Of a DNA stretch of 64,000 nt, positions 1-9,466 are shown in pieces. The position numbers and the translations under genes are program-made. The stretch is taken from contig JBAXEI010000004.1 in assembly GCA_037140515.1 (NCBI GenBank), forward strand, positions 8,453 through 72,452. Direction: 5' to 3'. The notes under the pieces are model-generated. The model was not told where the DNA came from, searched no databases, and saw nothing but the letters and a program-made list of their open reading frames with translations. Positions within the stretch are counted from its first letter, which is position 1. Every line of letters starts with the position of its first letter. The stretch is from Candidatus Berkelbacteria bacterium. Lineage in GTDB: Bacteria > Patescibacteriota > UBA1384 > XYA2-FULL-43-10 > 1-14-0-10-43-13.

Positions 1-30
1 TCCCGCAATTTCTTGTTAGAAATTACGGGA
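1..30 (-). terminator. Hairpin, probable terminator of the 38..607 gene
   Basis: TCCCG-c-AATTTCT-tgtt-AGAAATT-a-CGGGA inverted repeat just past the stop; any U-tail lies outside the window. Confidence 0.55.
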
Positions 31-37
31 AATGTAA

Positions 38-607
38 TTATTTTTTGCTACTGGCTTGTTTGAACCAGTAGTCCTCAGGCGCCCATTCGTATCTTATCGA
101 TACATGGGCAGTGTCTGGTGAACTTTTTATCCACCAATCACCAACTGGCACATATCCGTGCTCTTTGCAGATTTGATCCCGCAGCGCAATTAATTCTGCG
201 ACGGAGCCGTTCTTGTAGTGAAGTTCACCGCCATTGGTTGCCCAAGGACGATAGCTTTCAATAGTGAATTCACCTCTAAGTTTCGGGTCCAGAAAGACTT
301 TTTCGACTTTCTGAATCTTCGACATGAAGATGACATGATTGATTCCGCGCCAGATTCCTCCCACGAGGACGATCAAGGCGACAACGATCATGGTGCCAAT
401 TTGCACCTTATCATTGGCTCGTATCCCTAAGAACGCGAAGCCAACGATGGACACTATGCCACAAAGCGCGGCTAAAGCGATAATACCTACGGTGTAAAGT
501 AGCTCCACACGGTAGAGAATCATCATTGCCACAATGGCGATAATACCGACAACAGCCAGAATTTTTTTAATCTTTCTGCCGCTGCGTTTTTTTGATACTG
601 TATTCAT
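38..607 (-). CDS. Hypothetical membrane protein (about 3 TM plus soluble C-terminal domain)
   Basis: ORF 38..706 re-started at ATG 607 (MNTVSKK), which has an AAGGGG RBS and a consensus promoter upstream; three hydrophobic segments. Confidence 0.75.
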   Translation of the reverse strand: MNTVSKKRSGRKIKKILAVVGIIAIVAMMILYRVELLYTVGIIALAALCGIVSIVGFAFLGIRANDKVQIGTMIVVALIVLVGGIWRGINHVIFMSKIQKVEKVFLDPKLRGEFTIESYRPWATNGGELHYKNGSVAELIALRDQICKEHGYVPVGDWWIKSSPDTAHVSIRYEWAPEDYWFKQASSKK

Positions 608-661
608 TTTCAATCCCCTTTTGCCACAATGCTTACTACGATTAAGCGAATTGTTAAATAT

Positions 662-690
662 ATTATACTCTCTTTTTTGATATTTGTCAA
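662..690 (-). promoter_or_regulatory. Sigma70 promoter
   Basis: Perfect TTGACA-17 nt-TATAAT on the minus strand. Confidence 0.8.
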
Positions 691-873
691 TAGAGTGATG
701 TAGCAATGCCTCGATGGTTGGTGTTTTTTAGCGGTTTATTATCTCCTAGCCGAGATAATTTAGCCAAACGAATACAGGCTTCAGCTATCCACTGATTCTT
801 GTTTACATTGATTCATATTAGATGATAAAATATATAAAATAGCTATTATTATAATTAATTTGCGAGACTACTT

Positions 874-1227
874 ATGAGCCAAGCACTAAACCAAACGATT
901 AAAGACGTCATGGAGAGCGATATTTTTGTTTATCTGAAACTCGAAGAAATGCCAGAAGATGATAAGGCAAAAATGATCGAAAACGTTCTAAGTTCTTTGA
1001 AAAGCCGCGTTATGCTTCGTGTCGCAGATTATCTTGAAGAACAGGGCAAATTTGAAGAATTCAAATCAATATTAAACGAAGATACACCAAGCGACGAGAA
1101 GATCAACACATATCTTACCGACAACAAGGTGCCAGTTGATGTTTTCACCGCCGAAGAATCAATTATACTAAAAGCAGAAATTATGGGCCTTAAACCACAG
1201 ATTGCTGGAGGAAAAGATGCTAGGTAG
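874..1227 (+). CDS. Small acidic helical protein, DUF5663-like
   Basis: 117 aa with L-E-MPEDDK-MIE-V-L-RV-RV-YL pattern recalled from CPR DUF5663 proteins; overlaps the next start. Confidence 0.6.
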   Translation: MSQALNQTIKDVMESDIFVYLKLEEMPEDDKAKMIENVLSSLKSRVMLRVADYLEEQGKFEEFKSILNEDTPSDEKINTYLTDNKVPVDVFTAEESIILKAEIMGLKPQIAGGKDAR

Positions 1228-4200
1228 TTATGAATCAAGCATGGGCTCAGCAGATGAAGAGGCAATGAAGTTCAAGGCCACACCCGATCATGATGAGAAG
1301 ACCCCAAAAGCTCCATACGAGGAGGCAGTGGATACAGTAGATCCCGTAATGAAGTCATACGAATCAGGAAAAACTCCTTATGAGCCAACTCTCGCCCCAG
1401 ATCCAATCACTCCATACGAACCTGGCGAGACTCCATACGAGCCGACTATAGCTCCGTACGAACCTGGCAAGACTCCATACGAGCCGACCCTAACCCCAGA
1501 TCCAATCACTCCATACGAGCCTGGATTGACTCCATATGAGCCGACTGTTGCACCAGAAACTCTTGATTTTCGTGCAGAAGCACTCAAACTGATAAATGCG
1601 CTTTCGGAAAGAGATAATGCAAGAGCCTTAGAGAGATACGCCGGCCAAAAGCCTCTTGGCGCTCTTTCTAGCGCACTTCGGCTTTTTAGATTGAGAAACC
1701 AAGCAGCATGGGTTGACAAAACCATCAATGATCCCATCTCTCGCGGACTAGCACCAATATATACTTTTCTAGATCGAGTCGGTGAAAGATCCATCTCAAA
1801 CGATGCAGAGCTTACAGTCGACGAGAACCTGGAAAATGCTGGCAAATACACCAAAACGCCTTGGTGGCGCAAAGCACTAAAAATCGGCGCAAAAGTCGCT
1901 GGTGGAATCGGCGTAGCAGGCGCAATGGTGATGACTGGTGGAGCCGGCATTGCCACTTCCCTCCTCTGGGCAGGTGGTTTGAAGGAAGCATACGATGGTG
2001 CCGCACAGACGATAGAACAGATAGGCTGGGGAAATAAACGAGCTCAAGCCGAGCTTGGTTGCCAAGCAGAGCTTACAACGCTTACCGACGCTCTAAAAGC
2101 GCGTGTTATGAACGAAGCCGAACCACTCACGCCTGAAGAATTTAGCGCGATGGTACAGAATATCCTTGAGACCGAAGCTACTCTGATGGCACAGCAAGAG
2201 AAAAATGCTTGCGGCGAAGCTAAAGGCAAAGTGATCAGATCTATTGCGACCTCAGCCGCGACACTAGGCACTGGTCTCCTTGCAGGCGTTCCTGTCGGCG
2301 AGGTCAACTATGATAACAACAACACCGCACTCGCCGAATCGCTCCACTCTGCAACCGGCGATCAAGCGCTAAAAGCAATGGACGAATCCCATAGAGTTTT
2401 TTGGAGTGCACTTAAGGGTGGACAATTTGCCTACAACCATACAGAAGGAATCTCTGGTGCGATCAATGATTCACTAAATGGAGCCACAGCTACTGGGGCA
2501 GAGATAGACAAAGTCAATAATTTAGTAAATTGGCTAAACGTGACTATGAAGGGCGAATTTGGATCATTTAGCCTTGCAACCACAGACACATACGGCCAAA
2601 CTGCTCATGAACTTGGTAGAACCCTAGCAAATCTTGACTGGACAAAAATTGGCGCCGCTGGTGCATATCTGATTGGAGAGATGTTTTCACATGGCAAGAA
2701 GAAGAAAGAGCCAACACCTTATGAACCTGACGTTGTTCCATACGAACCAGATGTCGTTCCTTATGAGCCAGACATTGCCCCAGATGAACCAGACAAGAAA
2801 AAGAAAAGAGAAACAATAGGTGATGATGGTCCTGCAATACGCGCTCCTGGAACATATGAGCCTGGCGACGCAGAAGAAGATCCTGATGAAGAAAAAAGTG
2901 AGGACATAAGTGAGGACATCGAAAAATACGTTGACAAAGAGAAGAAGGCCACGGACAAATACTTCGGGAGAATGACAGAAGAGTACAAGAAGACAGTTGA
3001 AGCTGTCGCTGAAGATCTGCCACCAATGAAAGATGAGTGTCGCTTCTCTGTTTGCGTCCCAGCTGCCTATTCTGAGCATCATGTCATCTACGGCTATCTC
3101 GATTCATTTTTGGGACAGGAAAACCAAGATGGCACGCCGCTCAATCCAGATTCCTATGAGATAAATATCTTCGTGAACGGCACCGTCGACAAAGCCGCGG
3201 ACATTGCTGCTACAGTTGCCGAAGTTAATAAATTCAAAGCCGCTCATCCAGAGATAAACGTAAATGTCATTAGCAAGGGCTACGAGGAAAGAAAACCTCT
3301 TGGATATTTACGAAAAGTAGTAAACGACCAAGCACTTTTGCGAGCTAGCCAACGTGGAAACTCTGAAGGGCCAGTCTACTTGGTCTCTCATGATGCTGAT
3401 GTCCGTATGAGCGACAAAAACTATTTTGCAAGAGCGATGAAACTCGATCAAAATTATGAAGTCAAGGTTCTAGCTGGCAACATCGACTATTCCAAAGAAG
3501 TAAAACAAAAATATCCTTTCCTCTGGGTCGCCAGAAGACTGTGGCAATATCTTGATTTGGTCCGCACTTCAGTCCCTGGAGAAGTTAGTTTTCAACGAAA
3601 AGCCGTCGGCGCTAATACATTTGTTCGTGGCGAATCATACGCCAACGTCAACGGATTTAATTCGCTCGATAGAGTTGCAGAGGATTTGAACTTGGCTGCA
3701 AAGATCAAAAATCGCGAGGGCTTCAAACCTTCCGCAAAAAATACTATTGATGGTATGGATGTCCGTCTAGATGTGTCTGAAAGAAGAGACATCGATCAGC
3801 TCGCAAAAGGCGAGACGTTGATCAGAGGATATGACAAGTTTGAAGAGAACGATCATGTCAGAGAGAAATACAAAATTGATGAGGAAAAGCTAGGTGAAAT
3901 AAATCCCGACAATGAAGAAATGTTCAAGAAATACTTAGAAAGAGAGCTATCAGAGCAATACACTCATCTTTTTCGAGATATCTTTACCAGAGTTAGCGAC
4001 AGAGAGCCTGAGATGAAAGCAGCTATTGATAGAGGTGCACCAAAATCTGAAAGAGTAGTAATAGAGAATAAAAATCTGAAAAGTAAGATTGGCACGGACG
4101 CTATCGCCCAGGCAAATCAGGTAGCAAAGAGAGCGTGCGGATTTCTTGGCATCAGCTTCACGGCAGCGCCAAGCCCAGATGGCGATAGATATGTATGCAC

Positions 4201-4258
4201 TATAACTGATTGGTCAAAGCTCAAGAACGATCTCAAAGAATCACTTGGCAAAATGTAA
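1217..4258 (+). CDS. Large multidomain protein: PYEP repeats, Gly-rich hydrophobic region, C-terminal GT-A (GT2-like) glycosyltransferase domain
   Basis: ATG 1217 with GGAGG RBS; motifs FSVCVPA-Y-E, LVSHDAD (DxD), GANTFVR and GF...AEDLNL. Confidence 0.75.
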   Translation: MLGSYESSMGSADEEAMKFKATPDHDEKTPKAPYEEAVDTVDPVMKSYESGKTPYEPTLAPDPITPYEPGETPYEPTIAPYEPGKTPYEPTLTPDPITPYEPGLTPYEPTVAPETLDFRAEALKLINALSERDNARALERYAGQKPLGALSSALRLFRLRNQAAWVDKTINDPISRGLAPIYTFLDRVGERSISNDAELTVDENLENAGKYTKTPWWRKALKIGAKVAGGIGVAGAMVMTGGAGIATSLLWAGGLKEAYDGAAQTIEQIGWGNKRAQAELGCQAELTTLTDALKARVMNEAEPLTPEEFSAMVQNILETEATLMAQQEKNACGEAKGKVIRSIATSAATLGTGLLAGVPVGEVNYDNNNTALAESLHSATGDQALKAMDESHRVFWSALKGGQFAYNHTEGISGAINDSLNGATATGAEIDKVNNLVNWLNVTMKGEFGSFSLATTDTYGQTAHELGRTLANLDWTKIGAAGAYLIGEMFSHGKKKKEPTPYEPDVVPYEPDVVPYEPDIAPDEPDKKKKRETIGDDGPAIRAPGTYEPGDAEEDPDEEKSEDISEDIEKYVDKEKKATDKYFGRMTEEYKKTVEAVAEDLPPMKDECRFSVCVPAAYSEHHVIYGYLDSFLGQENQDGTPLNPDSYEINIFVNGTVDKAADIAATVAEVNKFKAAHPEINVNVISKGYEERKPLGYLRKVVNDQALLRASQRGNSEGPVYLVSHDADVRMSDKNYFARAMKLDQNYEVKVLAGNIDYSKEVKQKYPFLWVARRLWQYLDLVRTSVPGEVSFQRKAVGANTFVRGESYANVNGFNSLDRVAEDLNLAAKIKNREGFKPSAKNTIDGMDVRLDVSERRDIDQLAKGETLIRGYDKFEENDHVREKYKIDEEKLGEINPDNEEMFKKYLERELSEQYTHLFRDIFTRVSDREPEMKAAIDRGAPKSERVVIENKNLKSKIGTDAIAQANQVAKRACGFLGISFTAAPSPDGDRYVCTITDWSKLKNDLKESLGKM
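1367..1556 (+). repeat. Coding tandem repeat block 1: seven PYEP units arranged as two ~33-aa (99-bp) higher-order units
   Basis: GKTPYEPTLAPDPITPYEPGETPYEPTIAP at 1367 and GKTPYEPTLTPDPITPYEPGLTPYEPTVAP at 1466. Confidence 0.95.
2711..2794 (+). repeat. Coding tandem repeat block 2: 21-bp PYEPDVV units
   Basis: PTPYEPDVVPYEPDVVPYEPDIAPDEPD flanked by KKKK runs. Confidence 0.9.
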
Positions 4259-4259
4259 T

Positions 4260-6140
4260 CTAACTTAATCTCTTCACGCCAGCAATCGCATTTCTGTTTT
4301 CTTTATCAATCTGAAGCGCTTGCTGGTACATCTTGAGAGCCTCTTCTCTACTGTCTATTTTCTCTAAAGCAATCCCTAGATTTGAATAAATCCAGGAACC
4401 TTTGGGGTATAGCTCTACACATTCACGCAAAAGCGGGATTGCTTTATCGTATTGTTCAATATGCATTAAAGTGGCAGACAAATCTGCTTTTGCCCTAAAT
4501 GTAATATTGTTGTCTTTTGAGGTCGAGATAACGATATTAAAACAGTCAATCGCCTGATAAAATTTCCTTGCTTTAACTAGCTTCACAGCTAAAACATAAT
4601 TATCTTTTGGATCAAGTAAAATTTCTCTTGATTCAGTATTTGTGTCATCTAGCTCAATAGCACGATTATATGCGCGAAGTGACTCAGGATAGCTGCCGAG
4701 TCGACCGAGTATTTTTGCTTTTAGAGCTTGAAAAGAAGCATTCTCAGAAAGATCAGTTTCGATATCCTTGATCATTTGAGCAGCCTCCACCAAATGAGCT
4801 TCTGTGCCGATACCAAGCTTCGCCAAAACTTTGTCATAGGTAAACCAAGGATCGCGAACTGGATGGTCCTGTTCGAACTCTTCTAACAAGCGCAACGCTT
4901 TTTGCGACTTACCCATCGATAGCAAAACCACTGCTTCTTTCTGCCTCGTATCACCATCTTCAGTCCCTTTGAGCTCTTTGGCCTCTCTACGATTATTTGT
5001 CTTCTCGTAGACAAGCTTGGCATCTGTATCTTGCAATGAAGACATTTCCTGTTTTTTTAGTGGCAAATTTAGATTTTCTTTTAGGACAGCTACATTGATT
5101 GCTCTTTTTTCTGGGTTTGCTGACGAAATATGGCGCTGGTGATAACAAAAGCCACCTGTGTTTGGTATTACAAAGTTACCGAGCGAGATCAGTCTAGCAG
5201 TCAGATCTTCGTCTTCTGCACCGTAGCCAATATATCTATCATCATAACCAGCATATGTTTGAGCAAAATCCTCACGTTTTCCACTAACAGACATTCCCCA
5301 AGCTATCGAATAGATTCGCCAATCGTAGGCGTCGTCGCCGATATCAATAGGAAGCTGTTTATTGTGGCCACTAAGTTTGAGCCACTGACTATCCTCCATA
5401 CCACGATTAGCTACCCGAGGATCATTACCAATCTTTTGGGGCAACTGTGCAAGCGATCCCTCTGCTATGCTTTCTGGTGATAGCCGTGAGTCGTTACTGT
5501 CAATCTCGTCACGGAAGCCAAACATAACTACATTATCAAGAACTTCATGACGCTTCATATACTCTTCAATCATTGTAGGCGTATACACGACGTCTGGATC
5601 AGTCATTATAAGTATATCTCCAGAGCTTCTGATTGCACCGGAATATCTAGCTTTTGCAGCTCGGCCGTTGCTCTGGCGAAAAACTTTGATATTTAGATCC
5701 GACAAGCCAAGAGCTTCTATCTCTTCACCGATATTCTCGTCTGGAGATCCATCATCTACTACAACAACTTCTAGCTGCTGAGGGTATTTCGCGTTAAAAG
5801 TGCTTGCCTGTATCGAAAGCAAACTCTGTTTGAGACGGAGAAAATTATTATATGCAGGGACAACGACAGAGCAAGTTTTTGTGATCGCGATATCGTGTTT
5901 TTCTGATTCATATGGATCAGAAATAAGTTCACAACCCGTTTTTTTTTGATATTCTATTTCCGCTGAAGTATAGTCATTATCAAAAAACTCCAAAGTTTCA
6001 TACACGCTACGACCTTCCTGACGCATTTGTTCAGAAATGGCACGACGTTCACCAGAAATCTTCTCAAATTCAGTTTTTTTCTCGACTTGCGGATCTTTAA
6101 TTACCTCAACTTCAGATCTTTCACTCACAATACTCCTCAT
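4260..6140 (-). CDS. GT2 glycosyltransferase with C-terminal TPR repeats
   Basis: SVVVPAYN, VVVVDDGS, DPD, YDDRYIGYGAEDEDL (GT7C-like); TPR-like motifs such as YSNLGIALE-EEALKMYQQALQID. Confidence 0.9.
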   Translation of the reverse strand: MRSIVSERSEVEVIKDPQVEKKTEFEKISGERRAISEQMRQEGRSVYETLEFFDNDYTSAEIEYQKKTGCELISDPYESEKHDIAITKTCSVVVPAYNNFLRLKQSLLSIQASTFNAKYPQQLEVVVVDDGSPDENIGEEIEALGLSDLNIKVFRQSNGRAAKARYSGAIRSSGDILIMTDPDVVYTPTMIEEYMKRHEVLDNVVMFGFRDEIDSNDSRLSPESIAEGSLAQLPQKIGNDPRVANRGMEDSQWLKLSGHNKQLPIDIGDDAYDWRIYSIAWGMSVSGKREDFAQTYAGYDDRYIGYGAEDEDLTARLISLGNFVIPNTGGFCYHQRHISSANPEKRAINVAVLKENLNLPLKKQEMSSLQDTDAKLVYEKTNNRREAKELKGTEDGDTRQKEAVVLLSMGKSQKALRLLEEFEQDHPVRDPWFTYDKVLAKLGIGTEAHLVEAAQMIKDIETDLSENASFQALKAKILGRLGSYPESLRAYNRAIELDDTNTESREILLDPKDNYVLAVKLVKARKFYQAIDCFNIVISTSKDNNITFRAKADLSATLMHIEQYDKAIPLLRECVELYPKGSWIYSNLGIALEKIDSREEALKMYQQALQIDKENRNAIAGVKRLS

Positions 6141-6195
6141 TTTTATACATCAAGTATACCATGACAGGGGGAGGCGCCACAACGAGCTTGTTATT

Positions 6196-6236
6196 AAAAA
6201 AATCACTAATATCTTTACAGATGTTAGTGATTTTTT
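6196..6236 (-). terminator. Intrinsic terminator after tRNA-Asp
   Basis: AAAAAAATCACTAATATCT-ttac-AGATGTTAGTGATTTTTT. Confidence 0.8.
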
Positions 6237-6237
6237 A

Positions 6238-6314
6238 TGGCGGGATCGGCCGGACTCGAACCGGTGACCTCCACAGTGACAGTGTGGCGTTCTAACCAAC
6301 TGAACTACGACCCC
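6238..6314 (-). tRNA. tRNA-Asp(GTC)
   Basis: Cloverleaf GGGGTCG...CCACA-CTGTCAC-TGTGG...TTCGAGT...CGATCCCGCCA; G73 and encoded CCA. Confidence 0.97.
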
Positions 6315-6381
6315 ATATAATCAAATGAGATTGTATCAATTTTTACGAGAAAAATCAATATTCAGCTGGCAGACAGAGAAA

Positions 6382-6864
6382 CTAACGTCTTCGCTTCTTT
6401 CCCTTACCTAATTTGATAAATTTTACATAGCCTAAAATCATAACAATTATGAGGCCAACCGTCACAAGTGCGAAGCGATACATACTATTATCACTCTCAA
6501 AACCACGAATTATAGCATAGAGCAAGGTTAGGAGCCCGCCAAGCAAGAAGCCATCGGTCACGATTGCTGTGTTCAGCAATAATGTCAGACTAAGTACGAG
6601 GAGCAGAACTGCAGCCACAACAGCGATCATTGAGACGTTTCTGCCATGAATTGCGGCTACTTTTTGATAATCAGCCATCTTTTTATCATAATCTTTTTGG
6701 ATTTGTTTATCTTCTGCAGACATTTGAACAGGTGTTTTCTCGCTATACTGGAGCTCAATAGGGTATTCCGGTGCCTTTGGGCTGTTGTAAAAAGCTTCGA
6801 TTCCGAGACCGACAAAAAAGGCAAGAATCACACCGAGAAAGAAAATGTACAGGAACTTTAACAT
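6382..6864 (-). CDS. Hypothetical membrane protein (about 4 TM)
   Basis: 160 aa, GGAGG RBS, hydrophobic segments, basic tail. Confidence 0.8.
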   Translation of the reverse strand: MLKFLYIFFLGVILAFFVGLGIEAFYNSPKAPEYPIELQYSEKTPVQMSAEDKQIQKDYDKKMADYQKVAAIHGRNVSMIAVVAAVLLLVLSLTLLLNTAIVTDGFLLGGLLTLLYAIIRGFESDNSMYRFALVTVGLIIVMILGYVKFIKLGKGKKRRR

Positions 6865-6971
6865 AGCCCTCCTTTATTTATTTTCTATATTATACAACTT
6901 CTTGTAAAGAGCAGATACAAAATATTAGTTTTTTGCAATGATATACAGTGGATTATTTTGTCTAGAACTAG

Positions 6972-7310
6972 CTAAAGGGGATAAATGGCGACAACAGCCA
7001 TAACGCCGTCTTGCATAATACCCTCTACCCGGACTTGCTGGCCAAGAAAAGAAGCAAACTCTATCGATGGGGAATTACTAATCAGGACAACATTATTTAA
7101 GGAAACTAGGGCAACGCCACTCGTAACTTGAGAATCGCGTAGCTCAAAGACATCGACATTTTTCGTGACAACTCCTCGAGCGATAGTAATACCTGATTCG
7201 ATGGCGGTGTCTGCGTGATATCCATGCAATGATAAATACCTAACAAAAAAGCCTGCCGAGAGGCCAGTTACAAGGATCAAGCACAAAGTAACAACATCTT
7301 TTTTTCTCAT
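6972..7310 (-). CDS. Hypothetical membrane-anchored protein, possibly OB-fold-like
   Basis: N-terminal TM; GQQVRVEG pattern; 4-bp overlap with the M23 gene. Confidence 0.65.
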   Translation of the reverse strand: MRKKDVVTLCLILVTGLSAGFFVRYLSLHGYHADTAIESGITIARGVVTKNVDVFELRDSQVTSGVALVSLNNVVLISNSPSIEFASFLGQQVRVEGIMQDGVMAVVAIYPL

Positions 7311-8020
7311 GATTTTGGTATATTAAATGATTTTGGCAGTAAAAAATCTTCTTGTTGGTCAGGGTCAGTCAGACTAGGTTTGAAGAAACGATTTGCGGGA
7401 TAATCAGGCACAACCACTTTTTTCCAATCAGTTTGAATGAGCTTGCGCGGATTTATCGCCCAAGTTCCGTCTTCAACATATCGACGTAGTTCAAAGTGGA
7501 GATGAGGATTTACTGTGCCAGTTCGGCCTACGGAACCGATAACCTCCCCTTTTTTTACGTTTTGGCCCTCGATTACATCTACTTCTGATAGATGACCGTA
7601 AACCGTCTCATACCCCTCGATGTGTCTTATTGAAACAGTCCGTCCGTAGAGCTCACCAGCAAAGTATACAATGCCATCAGCTGCTGCTACAACAGGAGTA
7701 CCTTCTTTTGCGGAAAAATCTATGCCCTGATGACGGTTCTCTAGAGCAGGATATTTGTTGGCGTTGGTCTTGTTCAACTCAATAGCGCCAAACCAACCGT
7801 AGACAAACCATGTGTCACCGCTTCCAGCAACAAAGGCATTGTTTTTAGGGGTGAAGTTTGACCAACGCGATTCAACGTTGAATGGCAAGCTAAGAGTCAA
7901 TGTTGTGGGTGAATTTGGCTTTTCTGCCTTAACTAGCAGCTTATTCGGAAAAAAGTAAGCAGCTGAAAAAGCTAAAATAAAAGTCACAACATACAAAGTA
8001 TTTCTAAATAGTTTATTCAT
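7307..8020 (-). CDS. M23 family peptidoglycan endopeptidase
   Basis: HQGIDF, YGHL and PHLHFE zinc motifs; N-terminal TM; start re-set to MNKLF. Confidence 0.9.
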   Translation of the reverse strand: MNKLFRNTLYVVTFILAFSAAYFFPNKLLVKAEKPNSPTTLTLSLPFNVESRWSNFTPKNNAFVAGSGDTWFVYGWFGAIELNKTNANKYPALENRHQGIDFSAKEGTPVVAAADGIVYFAGELYGRTVSIRHIEGYETVYGHLSEVDVIEGQNVKKGEVIGSVGRTGTVNPHLHFELRRYVEDGTWAINPRKLIQTDWKKVVVPDYPANRFFKPSLTDPDQQEDFLLPKSFNIPKS

Positions 8021-8165
8021 GATTGCTTCAATTATACGGCCAATAAAAATGGAAATCAAACTTTCCCAAAAAGCTATTAGAGACAATATTTCTAGCCTTG
8101 AAAAATGAGTGTAAAAGCTGGTAAGATTTGAGCTGACAATATTTAATAAAAAACAAATTTAATAG

Positions 8166-9455
<1,290 letters not shown>

Positions 9456-9466
9456 TCTAAATCTAA

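Noticed and set aside
1367-1556. Tandem DNA repeats as a possible CRISPR array
   Set aside because: They are in-frame coding repeats with synonymous variation, with no unique spacers and no cas genes.
874-6314. Integrative element at tRNA-Asp
   Set aside because: I saw no integrase and no duplicated tRNA 3' end (att site) in the window.
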